Source: Chiloscyllium plagiosum
Taxonomy: Eukaryota
Assembly: GCF_004010195.1 (NCBI RefSeq)
Contig: NC_057719.1
Location: forward strand, 9,649,112 to 9,713,111
Length of the DNA: 64,000 bases
Direction of reading: 5' to 3'
Part shown: positions 38,305 through 50,177 of the stretch, piece after piece
Layout of the letters: every line of letters begins with the position of its first letter
How positions within the stretch are numbered: position 1 is the stretch's first letter
Translations under genes and position numbers: made by a program
Notes under the pieces: model-generated
What the model was told of the DNA's origin: nothing
Database searches by the model: none
The model's input: only the letters and a program-made list of their open reading frames with translations

Positions 38305-38700
38305 ACATCCTTTGCCTCCTCCATTGCCACAACGAACCACACCACAAATTGGAGGAACAACACCTTATCTTCCGCCTGGGCATCCTGCAGCATGGAGGAC
38401 TCAAGGCTGAGTTCTCCAATTTCAAATAACCTCCTTTCCCATACTCTGACTCCCCTCCCAGCCCCTCCCTCTCCCCTTCACTCCTCCCTGCCACCAACCA
38501 TATTCATTCCTCCCATTGACTAACCACATCGTACCCTCTACCTGTCTTCACCCATCACCACTTCACCACCCTTCCCCTGCCACCCCTTTATCTGCAGCTC
38601 CCCCTACACCCATCCCCAGTCCTGAAGACGGGTTACACCCGAAACATTGACTTCTCCACCTCCTGATGCTGCCTGGTTCTTCCAGCGTCCTGCCTGCCTG
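38305..38700 (+). mobile_element. Penelope-like element 3' fragment (GIY-YIG C-terminus, UTR, hammerhead 38618-38652) inside a 5095-family SINE
   Basis: LLHCHNEPHHKLEEQHLIFRLGILQHGGLKAEFSNFK*; AGTC-CTGAAGA-C-GGGT tac ACCC-GAAA-CA-TT-GACT; atccttatc repeated on both flanks. Confidence 0.85.
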
Positions 38701-39917
38701 ATATCCTTATCAGGTCTGGCCTACATGTGACTCCAGACTCACAGAAATGTGGGTGACTCTTAACTACCCTCTCGGCAATTTGGGATAGGCGGGCCTGTTT
38801 CCACACTGAAGGGAATCTAATCTAAATATTGGCTTAGACCACGATGTGCACATTCCATGAATGAATTTAAGAAAAGTACAAATTTAAATAGCATTCACAT
38901 TGTGCCTTTCACACTCAATGTTTTGAAGTGATTTGTCGCTATGGCAGTAATTTTGAAGTGTAGCTGCTATTATAACAGCAGAAGGGGCTGAATTTGCAGT
39001 TCATTTGCAGTTCCAGTGGCGAAAAGTCAGAATGTTTGACAACCCATATCAATAAGACGCTGTGAGAGACCTCAACAAGCAAAGAGGTGGACTTCTGTCA
39101 CCTGCTGGAAGGGGATTTCATACTCGAGAACGTACAGCCCATGGGAGTGACTGGAAATGTATTTGGTCCCAATGCTGGAACTCAGAGGGGTTCCCAGCTT
39201 GGACTGTGAGCAGGCTCACAAAGTAGTGTCGCTACAGGCATAAGGACCAGGGCTTTTAGATTTTGGAGATGTGCAGAAATCAGGCACCTAGGCAGGTGAG
39301 GGATGGATTTGGCGCCTCGATTTGAAGATCCACCAGGGAGGCAAAATGAGTGGAGGAAGGGGGTTGGTACGACCTCTGAAGAGATGCTCCCAATGCACAT
39401 CAGTAAATGAGGTCCTCTCACCTTACCTCAACTCCACTTGCCCCACCCTCCTCCCCTCCATTTACCTCTCCACCTTTTCAACAGCAACTTTCTTACCTTC
39501 CACTGCCCAGTCTATTATGTCAATGGAAAAAGACTGAGGGCAATAATGTCCCACGTCAGGGCCTCAGTAGGATGAAGAGCTGGTCAGTACTTTGTTCAGC
39601 ACCAAATATTTGGGGCAGTGGTCACTAGGATAAGCAGGATGGCTGTGGGCTCGCATCATTATGTACTTTACAAGCTTCCTCATGCCCCTCGCTGTAAGTA
39701 CGGGAGGATTCAGGGACCTATAAAATCAAACTCAGCAGATTTCCACAAACAGCATTCCTTCAATACCATGCTACTGGGAAATATTGCCCGAATCTGAGAA
39801 AGCAGATGGGGTCTCACACCTCATCGAAACGGTAGTAGCACAGATACCGTGAAGGAGAGTCAGCCTTGATTCTAGCGCTCAGCTCCTGCAGTGGGAACTG
39901 AAACTGGAGACTTACAG

Positions 39918-40378
39918 AGTGGCACGTGGCTCAGTGGTTAGCACTGCTGCCTCACAGTGCCAGGGGCCTAGGTTTACATACTCTTCCCGTGTCTGTGTGG
40001 GTTTCCTCCCCACAATCCAAAGATGCAGGTTAGATGAATTGGCCCTGTTAAATTGCCCATAGTGTTCAGGAATGTGGAGGATAGGTAAATATAGGATACA
40101 GGAAGGGATCTGGGTGGGTTACTCTTCGGAGGGTCAGTGTGAACTTGTTGGGCAAAAGGGCCTGTTTCCATACTGTAGAGGCAGTGCTAACCACTGTGCC
40201 ACTGTGCTGCCCAAAGATGCAGGTTAGATGAATTGGCCCTGTTAAATTGCCCATAGTGTTCAGGAATGTGGAGGACAGGTAAATATAGGATACAGGAAGG
40301 GATCTGGGTGGGTTACTCTTCGGAGGGTCAGTGTGAACTTGTTGGGCAAAAGGGCCTGTTTCCATACTGTAGAGATTC
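39918..40378 (+). mobile_element. HE1 SINE with duplicated 3' half
   Basis: 40017-40180 is repeated at 40211-40374 with a 30-bp inverted head fragment between them. Confidence 0.9.
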
Positions 40379-40849
40379 TGTGCTTTATCTCAGGGACCAA
40401 ATGGACAATGACTGACACAACGGTGTAAGTGGCCCCTTCCGTCTCAATCGGCAAACTCGAGATTAAGGATTATTCAACATCTACGGCTTATGGACCAGCA
40501 ATTAGTCATTGACTGAGCAGCAAATCTGAAAGCTTATACAAAAAATAAACTAACACGAGGCATTCAAACACCAGAGGTGATGCAGAGAAAAAGCTGATTT
40601 CAAAACAGTAGCTTTTTAATAGCGACATAGAACATCTGAGTGGGAGCTACCACAAACGTGTTGGAGGTAAATATGGAAAATTATTTTAATAAAACCATGG
40701 AGTAGGACAATGGAAAAGAATGCACGTCTCAATTTCCATTGCTTTGAGTACAACATGAAGATTGATAAATCTTTCCACTTCTTGGGGAAGTGAATGGACT
40801 TCTGGGTAGTGTTGGAGCCCAAAATTTCAGCATCAATTATGTATGAAAC

Positions 40850-41375
40850 AGAGGCTGCAGTGAGGGTAGGGGATGGGGTGGTGGAAAGAGAAAGATAGGA
40901 GAAGGAAGTTGGAGAGGAGGAAGGGGATAGGATGAAGTGCAGGGAAGAAGAATGGGGATGGGGTGGAAGGCAACACAGGAGGGTTAGATGGCACAAGAAG
41001 GGGACAAGCATGGGAATGGGGGAAAGAGAAGTGAAGTTCAGGAAGGAGGGATAGATCAAGGGAAGGCAGGAGGAAAGGCGAAGAGAAAGAATGGAAGAAG
41101 GAGCAGATATCAGAGGAAAGGTTGGAAAGAGAAAAAGGGAACATAGGAAAAAGGAAAGGAGAAAGGGGGAACANNNNNNNNNNNNNNNNNNNNGAGGAGG
41201 AAGGGGGATGGAGGAAGGGGAGAAAGGAAAGGGGGATAGAGGAAAGGAGGAAAGGAGAGGAGAAGGGGGGATAGAGGAGGGGAGATGGGGAAGGGAGATG
41301 GAGGAAGGGAGTAAAGGAGAGTGGAAGCAGGGATGGAGGAATCAGGGTCAGAAGAAGAGAAGAAAGGAAGGACAG
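40850..41375 (+). repeat. GA-rich low-complexity tract containing an assembly gap (N run 41173-41192)
   Basis: Nearly all-purine strand. Confidence 0.85.
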
Positions 41376-42059
41376 CGAATTGAACGTTCTTTCTACTTAG
41401 GTGAATGAAAGTGAAAGAAACAATCTTCCACATTGATGACTTTCTTTCCTATCTGCTTATTGTAAAACACACATTTTCAAATTTCTGCTTCTTATTTTAA
41501 ATTACTATGTTGTGGGAGTTTCACTTGATGTCCTTTTAATAAATTGGCTTATATAATTTTGCCCAAACACAACAGAAATATGAAAGTAAATAATTGTGCT
41601 AAACTTCATAAAAATTCCCAAAGTATTTTAACTTTGTTATATATCAATGAACTGGAATTTAAGGGTATATATAAACAACTCATGTTGTGAATAATATCAC
41701 ATATCTGGTTCTAGTTAGTTAAACTTTGCATTAACTTTGTAGAATAAAATTAACTTCATTCATGCACCTTTTGATTGATTCTCATCCTCATCCCACCCAT
41801 GTTATTGCACAATTTATCCCTATACCCTTTAATCCCAATGCCACTAAGGTTAGCCCACCCTCTGTCACACAGTTGCTCTGCTCCCTCCATTCTCTTCAGT
41901 TTCTATTTTCCAGTTGCTCCCTCCCTACCCACTCCTGCATGCACTCGCATGAACAACTCTCCCCACTCCTTCCCTCTCCCAGTAACCTCACCAGACTACA
42001 CCCTTACTCACCTCATCACAGGTTGGCCTCCATCTGTCCCAGTTACCCTTCATTAAGAT

Positions 42060-42360
42060 GGAGGTGTGGGTAACAGTTTAAAGATACAGGGTAAGCCATT
42101 AAGGAGTGAAATGGGGAGAAGTGTCTTCACTCTAGGGGTGGTGAGCCTCTGGAATTCTCTGCCTCCAGAAAGAAGTTCAGGCAAAAACACTGAATGTTTT
42201 CAAGAAGGAGTTAGGTACAGTTCTTAGGGTGAAAGAAATCAAAGGGTATGAGGAGAAAGTGGGAACTGAGATGAATGATCAGCCATGATCATATTGAACA
42301 GTGGAGCGGGCTTGATGGGCTGAATGGCCTACTCCTGCCCCTATTCTTCCTGTTTCTATC
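42060..42360 (+). mobile_element. CR1 3' fragment
   Basis: gtggtgagcctctggaattctctgcc...gatcagccatgatc...ggctgaatggcctactcctgcccctatt. Confidence 0.8.
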
Positions 42361-43203
42361 TTGGTCTCTGAGGTGAGATACTTCATCATGACCAGTAAGT
42401 ACCTGAGGAGTGTTACAACAATCCCAATGAGGCCTGAGATTCAGTACTGAATTTTAGGTCACAGTTTAATGATATGGGGTAGGCCACTGAGGACTGAGGT
42501 GAGGAGAAATCTCTTCACCCAGAGCCTGTGGAATTCACTACCACAGAAAGCAGTTGAGGCCAAAATACTGAATGCAAATATAGGAAGAACGTTTTGATGA
42601 CCAGGAGGTATCCAAACCCAAAGGATGCAATTTAAGGTTGCGGAGTAGACCATTTAGCACTGACATAAGGAGAGGTTTATTCACTCGGGGAGTGGAATTC
42701 TCTGCCTTAGGCCTAATTAATCCAACACATGGCATCTTTTATCCCCAGCCAGCACTTCGACTGCTTTAAACAAAAATCTGAGGCTCACTCTTTGTGCATT
42801 CCTTAAATGGTGTTAGATGTGATGCAAGTGCAACATGGGAATAATCCATATTAGCACTTATTTCATTCATATTGTATGAGAATTTAATTCATTGTGTGCT
42901 GAACATGAAATGAATCCTCACAGGGCCAGTAGAAAGCTTAATTGAAACAAGTCTGCTTAGATTATAGGGACACATTCCAGCCCCGAAGCCTCAAGATAAA
43001 ATATCCCATTCCCTCATGCTATTTCAGATAAAAATTTATCAAAAAACACCCAAAGGCAAGTTAACAAGGGTTGAGTGATCCTAGAATCTGGGAATTTTGA
43101 ATTTTATAGGAGGTCATGGTTTTTTTTCAGCAGATAAACTGGCAAGATTTCATTCATTTTAAGCTACAGCTTGCTCTGCTGTCGTTCCTTCTTGTATCCT
43201 CAC

Positions 43204-43369
43204 CGTTTCAAAAAGCTTAAGTGGGTAACCATTCGGAATAAATGTCCTGACGGGGCTAAAGAAAGGGAAGCAGAAGGGGAGTGCAGTGATTGGAACAAGG
43301 ATGCCCAGGTGAATCTCACAGAGTATGAGTTCCCTGATTGTCCCAACAGCTCCAATTAAGGAGCTCTGG
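43204..43369 (-). other. Candidate internal exon, product unknown
   Basis: tttatctctgttag|ccagagc...gaaacg|gtgagg; one frame open (QSSLIGAVGTIRELILCEIHLGILVPITALPFCFPFFSPVRTFIPNGYPLKLFET); no family recognised. Confidence 0.3.
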
Positions 43370-43389
43370 CTAACAGAGATAAACAGGAG

Positions 43390-43548
43390 ATCAGGCAGCA
43401 TCCGAGGAGCAGGAAAATCAACGTTGAAGGGATTTTGTCCGAAGTATCAATTTTCCTGCTCCTTAGCTGCTGCCTGACCTGCTGTGCACTTCCAGCACTA
43501 CTCTAATCTTGACTCTAATCTCCAGCATCTGCAGTACCCACTTTCACC
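43390..43548. mobile_element. PLE-derived inverted-repeat insertion
   Basis: tcaggcagcatccgaggagcaggaaaatcaacg / caattttcctgctccttagctgctgcctga; flanked by gagat(at)aaacagga. Confidence 0.75.
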
Positions 43549-44144
43549 GAGATATAAACAGGAATCTCAGGGATTCTCCTGAGATGAAAACACGCCCTTC
43601 AGTCCAACATTATAGTTGGTCAGAGTCCATGTACTGTGCATGTGTAGTAAAGGGTGACTTGGTGATGGTATTTCAGCCCCTGTGGCATTCTTTCAGGGAG
43701 GAACCCTATAAAATAGTGGACACGGCCTAACAAAGATGTGGCTGTCTTGTCCCCGTGTGTCTGTTTCATGACTGCTCTGTCTATGGTTGTAGGGAGCTAT
43801 ATGATTGGACTTTAACTCAGAAAGGCTTCCAGGTAGGTGTGAGGGCAAAACAAAAAGGCATTCAGTTTCAGGCCCAAGTTTTTTAATGCACCTCTTCAAT
43901 GCAGTTGGTCTCCCTGAACCCTATCCAAACGGAGTGGCATCTGGCAGGTGAAGAATGGGCAGTCTTTGAAAACCTCTGAGCCTCCGAACAAGTGATTGAA
44001 AACATAAGAAGAAAGGAGAAGGAGGAAGCCATTCGGCCCTTCACACCTGCTGTGCCATTCAGTGAGATCATGGCTGATCTGGTTGTGGCCTTCCCTTCAC
44101 TTTCCTGCCTTTTCCCCTACCCAGCCCCATAACTGTGCAACTAA

Positions 44145-44342
44145 AAAACAAATAATTGCGGATGCTGGAAATCAGAAAAAATACAGAAATTCCTGGAGGA
44201 ACTCAGCAGGTCTGGCAGTGACTTCGGACAGATAGCAGTGTTAACGGTTTGGGTCCCTTCATCTGAAGAAACGTTAAGTCTGCTTTCTCTCCACAGATGC
44301 TGCAGGACCGACTGAGTTTTTCCAGCAAATTCTGTTTTTTTT
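44145..44342. mobile_element. PLE-derived inverted repeat (gttaac family), hammerhead core collapsed
   Basis: cagaaattcctggaggaactcagcaggtctggcag...gttaacgg / aacgttaag...ctgagtttttccagcaaattctg. Confidence 0.7.
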
Positions 44343-44504
44343 TCCCATAACTCTCTTACCGATTAAAAATCCGTCTAATTTAGCCTTCAATAATATTCTA
44401 TGACCCAACCTTCAATGCTAACTTGGGGAGAAATTTCTAAACACTAGTCACTTACTGAGAGACAAAATCTCTATCTTAAGTGTGTCCCCTCATTCAAACA
44501 GGTA

Positions 44505-45245
44505 TACAGTCATACAGCACAGAAACAGACCCTTTGGTCCAACCAGTCCATGCCAACCATAATTCCAAGCTAAACTAGCCCCTCCTGCCTGAACTTGACC
44601 CATATCCCTCCAAACCCTTCCTATTCATGTACTTAACTGAATGCCTTTTCAATGTTAAAAATCACACAACACCAGGTTATAGTCCAACAGGTTTATTTGG
44701 ATGGAGTAGCTTTGGAAGCTGTGTAAAAACATTGCCCTTCATTTCTGTTTTAAATCTTCTTCCTCTCACTTTAAACCTATGCCCCTTACTCTTGAAATCT
44801 CTCACCCTAGGTAAAAGACACCTGCCATTCACCTTATCTATATCTCTCATGATTTTATAAACCTCTTTAAGATCACCCCTCAACTTCTTACAGTCCAGAT
44901 AAAAAAAGTGCCAGCCTATCCAGCATCTCCTTATAACTCAAGCCCTTCATTCCCAGCAATGTCCTGGTAAATCTCTTCTGAATCCTCTCCAGCTTAATGA
45001 TATCCTTCCTATAACAAAGTTAAAAATCATACAATAGCAGGTTATAGTCCAATGGGTTTATTTGGAAGCACTTGCTTTCAGAGCACTGCTCCTTCATCAG
45101 GTGGTTGTGAAGGAGCAGCGCTCTGAAAGCTAGTGCTTCCAAATAAACCTGTTGGACCATAACCTGATGTTGTGTGATATTCAACTTTGTACACCCTAGT
45201 CTATCACCGGCACCTCCAAATCATGACTTCCTATAACAGGGATGC
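44505..45245 (-). mobile_element. HER1/CR1 3' fragment with two insertions of a third PLE family (44654-44720, 45017-45225)
   Basis: RGDLKEVYKIMRDIDKVNG...SKGHRFKVRGRRFK (-); insertions share ttaaaaatca(c/t)acaa..caggttatagtccaa. Confidence 0.85.
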
Positions 45246-45564
45246 ATAATGTAGGAGACAATCCAAATTGTCAATTACCACATATTGGAGACAGTAAGAA
45301 TGGTTCAGATTACAAGCAGATTAACAACCTATTTGATTTTGCTTGCTCAGTGTCTGTATTGGGACAGAAATGCTGTGTTGCTAACTGGGCACCCTCTACA
45401 CTGACTAGAGAACATGACTCAACACAAATTGTAGCTTCCTGTTTAACTTGGTGAATCTTGTACCATAGGGGGTTACGGCTGTTAAAATAATAATTGGAGT
45501 GCAGCACCAGTGGTGTCAGATTACATGGCACTGACATGAGGATAGAATGTTTGTTGGCAGCCAT

Positions 45565-45950
45565 AGAGGTTTAACAGCATGAAAACAGGCCCTTCAGTCC
45601 AACATTATTAGTCCAGTCCCCTTTGACTGTGTTTGGTCCATATCCCTCCACACCTATCTCATCTATGTACCTCTCTAAATGTTTCTTCAATGGCAAAACT
45701 GTACTCGCCTTCATTGCTACCTGTGACAGCGTGTTCCAGACATTCACCATCCTCTGTGTGAAAACACTGACTCTCTGGACCTTTTTATATTTCTCCCCTC
45801 TCACCTTAAACTTACGGCCTCTAGTTTTAGACTCCCCTATCATGGGGAAAAGCTGTTGGCTACCTACATTATCTATGCCTCTCGTGATTTTGTAGGCCTC
45901 CGTAAGGTTACCCCTCAGTCTCCTACGCTCCAGGGAAAGAAGTCTCAGCT
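45565..45950 (-). mobile_element. CR1 3' fragment
   Basis: SLERRRLRGNLTEAYKI...SKTRGRKFKVRGE...FTQRMVNVWNTL. Confidence 0.9.
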
Positions 45951-46315
45951 TAAATATGCAATGTATGTTCAATAGTATGGCTTCCAGTCTTTGTCTGTCA
46001 AAAGCATCTTATACCCTGTCACTATATTTACCTAAATCATGAATTTGAAAGATTTACATAAATGTGAAGGTAAAGGGTGTGTTCGGTTAATTGCATGCCC
46101 CACTATTTTGTAAAGGATTATTTATGAAACTTATCGGTCACTGACATCTGCTGTGGTGTTTTACTGTGGTATGTGGATTTAAGGCAACAGCATTTAATTG
46201 TTCCATTTGAACAGGGCATGATATTTTAGCAGTACTTTAACATATGACCAACTCTGGTTTGAAAATTGCTTTTGGGAGAAAGAATTAACATAAATGATTC
46301 TGTAATATGTTAGTA

Positions 46316-46905
46316 AGGTCATGTTGTGGCTGTACAGGACATTGGTGAGGCTACTATTGGAATACTGCATTCAGTTCGGGTCTCCCTGTTATAGAAAAGA
46401 TGCTGTGAAACTTGAAAGGGTTCAGAGAAGATTTACAAGGATTTTGCCAGGGTTGGAATGTTTGAGCGATAGGGAGAGGCTGAATAGGCTGGGGCTGTTT
46501 TCCCCGGAGCATCGGAGGCTGAGGGGTGACGTTATAGAAGTTTATAAAATCATGAGGAGCATGAATAGGGTGAAAACTTATGTCTTTTCCCTGGGGTGTG
46601 GGAGTCCAAACTAAAGGGCATAAGTTTAAGGTGAGAGGGGAAAGATTTATAAGGGACCGAAGGGACAATGTTTTTATGTAGATGGTAGTGTGTGTATGGA
46701 ATGAGCTGCCAGAGGAGGTGGTGGAGACTGGCACAATTACAACATTTAAAAGGCATCTGGATGGGTTGATGAGTAAGAAGGGTTTAGGGGGATTTGGGCC
46801 AAATGCTGGCAAATGGGACAAGATTAATCTAGGATATCTGATCAGCATGGATGAGATGAACTTAAGGGTCTGTTTCTATGCTGTACATCTCTCTGACTCT
46901 ATGCT
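46316..46905 (+). mobile_element. HER1/CR1 3' fragment
   Basis: LYRTLVRLLLEYCIQFGSP...RRLRGDVIEVYKIM; tail atgctgtacatctctctgactctatg. Confidence 0.92.
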
Positions 46906-47004
46906 TACAGTGTATGCTGTGGATCAGCAGGTAGCATTAATGCCCTTTGGGTCAGTTGATTTTGGAATCACATCTAGAGTAAGGAGTGCAAAAACCTTGG
47001 TTGA

Positions 47005-47330
47005 AACTCCAGAACAGTACTGAGGGAGTGCTGCACTGACTTTGGTACCACCTCCTAGTTAAGCAATTGGACAGAGCCTTGGTCTAAGGTTGACATACCA
47101 GTAATTACTGAAATTACTTAGATTTAGAGCAAGTAGAGAGGAGTTATCCTGATATCTTCCCATCAATATTACAAATAGACCACGTGGACACTGCCACTTG
47201 CTTTATTTTGAGATCTTGCTGTGCAGATTGGCTGTCATATTTCCTACAACACTGACAACACTTCAAAGTCACTTCACTGGACACCCTGAGGTCAGGAAAG
47301 GTGCCACATATCGCAAGTTTTCCTTTTATA
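47005..47330 (+). mobile_element. DeuSINE (SacSINE1/AmnSINE1-like) relic
   Basis: cagtactgagggagtgctgcactg...gatcttgctgtgcagattggctgtcatatttcctacaac...cacttcaaag...cctgaggtcaggaaaggtgc resembles the Deu-domain and L2-type tail as I recall them. Confidence 0.65.
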
Positions 47331-47502
47331 ATAACTGAGTTGTTGAAGTGGAAAGAGAGTCTGAAATAGATTTGTGTTAATACAAAATCAGTGGTTTAAT
47401 GGAATTTGAAAGTGAATTTGGATTTTGAATGAGTTAGACTGGCTGTTTGAGGCTCTAAAGGTGGACTTCTGAGAGAGTGATCTATGTTACTGCTATTATT
47501 CT

Positions 47503-47800
47503 GGGCGGCATGGTAGCTCAGTGGTTAGCACTACTGCCTCGCAGCACCAGGAACCTGGGTTCAATTCCACCCTCAGGTGACTATCTGAGTGAAGGTTGCA
47601 CATTCTCCCCATGTCTGTGTGGGTTTCTTCCAGGTGCTCCGGTTTCTTCCCACTGTCCAAAGATGTGCAGGACAGGTGGATTGGCCATGGGGAATAGAGG
47701 GTAATGGGATAGGATAAGGGGTGGATGTGGGTCTTTGGAGCGCCAGTGTGGACTCGACGGGCCAAATGACCTGCTTCCACACGGTAGGTATTCTATGATC
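47503..47800 (+). mobile_element. HE1-type SINE
   Basis: gggcggcatggtagctcagtggttagcactactgcctcgcagcaccagg...gggttcaattcc. Confidence 0.88.
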
Positions 47801-48159
47801 AATCCTTGGAAGTGATACAGAAAATGTATTGGGAGTTCAGTTAATGTTCCTTATCTTAGATCCCAGTAATTTACCCCAAACTAACCTTAGAGCAGCTCCC
47901 CATTATGCTTAATCACTCAATGTGGCACCTCCAACACAACCACATCATGAACTTCCAAACAGCAAGTGTACCTATTTGGAAATTTATAATTGACAAAAAA
48001 TATGTTTCTTTGGGATCAGTTTACTTGAGGCCTCAACTGTTGTTTGAATAAAGGTAAAAGGAGAATGTGCAGTGCTCAATCTCGAATAGTTCCCAAAAGA
48101 ATGGGTATAAGAAAACCATTCAGAATCGGGCATAGTGCCGGTGGGTGAGTTAATGCAAA

Positions 48160-48395
48160 AAAACAAAGGACTGCAGAGGCTAGAATCATGAAACTAAACC
48201 AGAAATTGCTGGAGAAACTCAGCAGGTCTGGCAGCATCTGTGGAGAAAGAAACAGAGTCAGCATTTCAGGTCCAGCGACCCTTCCTCAGGAACCGTCTGA
48301 AGAGGGGCACTGGACGGGAAACCTTAACACTGTTTTTCTCTCTCCACAGATGATGCCAGACCGGCAGAATTTCTCCAGCAATTTCTGCTTTTGTA
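48160..48395. mobile_element. PLE-derived inverted repeat with decayed hammerhead cores on both strands
   Basis: ttcaggtccagcgacccttcctcaggaac / tctgaagaggggcactggacgggaaaccttaac. Confidence 0.75.
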
Positions 48396-49961
48396 TTAGG
48401 TTGGTGCACATGTGACTCTTCCAGTATATGACCTAAAATATTTGTTCACTAGTGAAGTCTGACTGCGGTCCCAATTAAAATTAGAGTGAAGAATTGCAAT
48501 TAGATACACCAGACTATGCAAACTTTGTGCAAATGAAAGAGATAAAAGAAAGCTGATGAATGAGGAGAGAATAAAATACATTTTTCACAAATACTTTTTT
48601 TCACATGTATATTTTTGTTCAATTGCGGGACTTGGCTGCCCAGTATTGATAGCCCATCCCTATTTGCCCTTGAGGGCCCTTGAGGGTGGTGAGTTGCCTT
48701 CATGAATCGCTGCAGTCCACTTGCTGTGGGTTGACCCACAATGCCACTGGGGAGGGAATTCCAGGATTTTGACCCAACGACTGTGAAGGAATGGCGGTAT
48801 ATTTCCAAGTCAGAGTGGTGAGTGGCTTGGAGGTGAACTTGCAGGTGGTGGTGTTCCCAAGAATCTGTTGCCCTTGTCCTTCTAGATGGACAGGCGCTGT
48901 CTAAGAATCTTTGATGAATTTCTGCAGTGCATCTTGTAGATAGTACACACTGCGGCTAATGAGTGCCAGTGGTGGAGATATTGAATGTTTGTAGATGTGG
49001 TGCCAATCAAGCAGGTTGCTTTGTCCTGGATGGTGTCAATCTTCTTGAGTGTTGTCAGAGCTGCACCCATCCAGGCAAGTGGAGAGTATTCCATCACACT
49101 CCTGACTTGTGCCTTGTAGATGGTGGATGGACTTTGGGGTGTCAGGAGGTGAGTTACTCGCCACAGTATCCCTAGTCTCTGACCTGCTCTTGTAGCCACT
49201 GTGTTTATGTGGTGAGTCTAATTGAGTTTCTGGTCAATGGTAACCCCAAGGATGTTGACACTGAGGGATTCACTGATGGTAATACCGTTGAATGTCAAAG
49301 GGTGGTGGTTAGAGTGTTTCTTGTTGGTGATGGTCATTGTCTGGCATTCATGTGGCATGAATGTTACTTGCCACTTGTCGGTCGAAGCCTGGATTTTGCC
49401 CAGATCTTGTTGCATTTGAGCACAGACTGCTGCAGTATCTGAGGAGTTCTGAGTGGCGGTGAACACTGTTCAATCATCGGTGAACATCCTGACTTTTGAC
49501 CTTATGACAGAGGGAAGGTCATTGATGAAGCAGCTGAAGATTGTTGGGCCTAAGACACTACCCTGAAGGACTCCTGCAGAGATGTCCTGAAGCTGAGATG
49601 ACTGACCCTCCACATCCACAACCACCTTCCTTTGTGCCAGGTGTGACTCTAACCAGTGGAGTGTTTGCCTCCTGATCCCCATTGATTCCAGTTTTGCCAG
49701 GGCTCCTTGATGCTACACTCGGTCAAATGCACCCTTGATGTCAAGGGCTGTCACTCTCACCTCACCTCTGGAATTCAGCTCTTTCATCCATGTTTGAACC
49801 AAGGCTGTAATGAGATCAGGATCTGGGTGACCTTGGCGAAGCCCAACCTGGGCGTCACTGAGCAGATAGTCGCTGAGCAGGTGCTGCTGGATAGCACTGT
49901 TAATGACCTCTTCCATCAATTCACTGATGATGGAGAGTACACTGATTGGCTTGTAATTGGT

Positions 49962-50177
49962 TGGAAATGTGTTGCTGGAAAAGCGCAGCAGGTCAGGCAG
50001 CATCTAGGGAACAGGAGAATCGACGTTTCGGGCATTAGCCCTTCTTCAGGAACCTGAAGAAGGGCTAATGCCCGAAACGTCGATTCTCCTGTTCCCTAGA
50101 TGCTGCCTGACCTGCTGCGCTTTTCCAGCAACACATTTCCATCTCTGATCTCCAGCATCTGCAGACCTCACTTTCTC
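49962..50177. mobile_element. Young palindromic PLE-derived insertion in the LINE RT
   Basis: Perfect 89-bp inverted arms (49962-50050 / 50053-50141); 15-bp duplication cttgtaattggttgg at 49950-49964 and 50178-50192. Confidence 0.95.

Noticed and set aside
41091..41433. E/G/R-rich and P/F/S-rich ORFs
   Set aside because: Low-complexity GA tract that includes an assembly gap.
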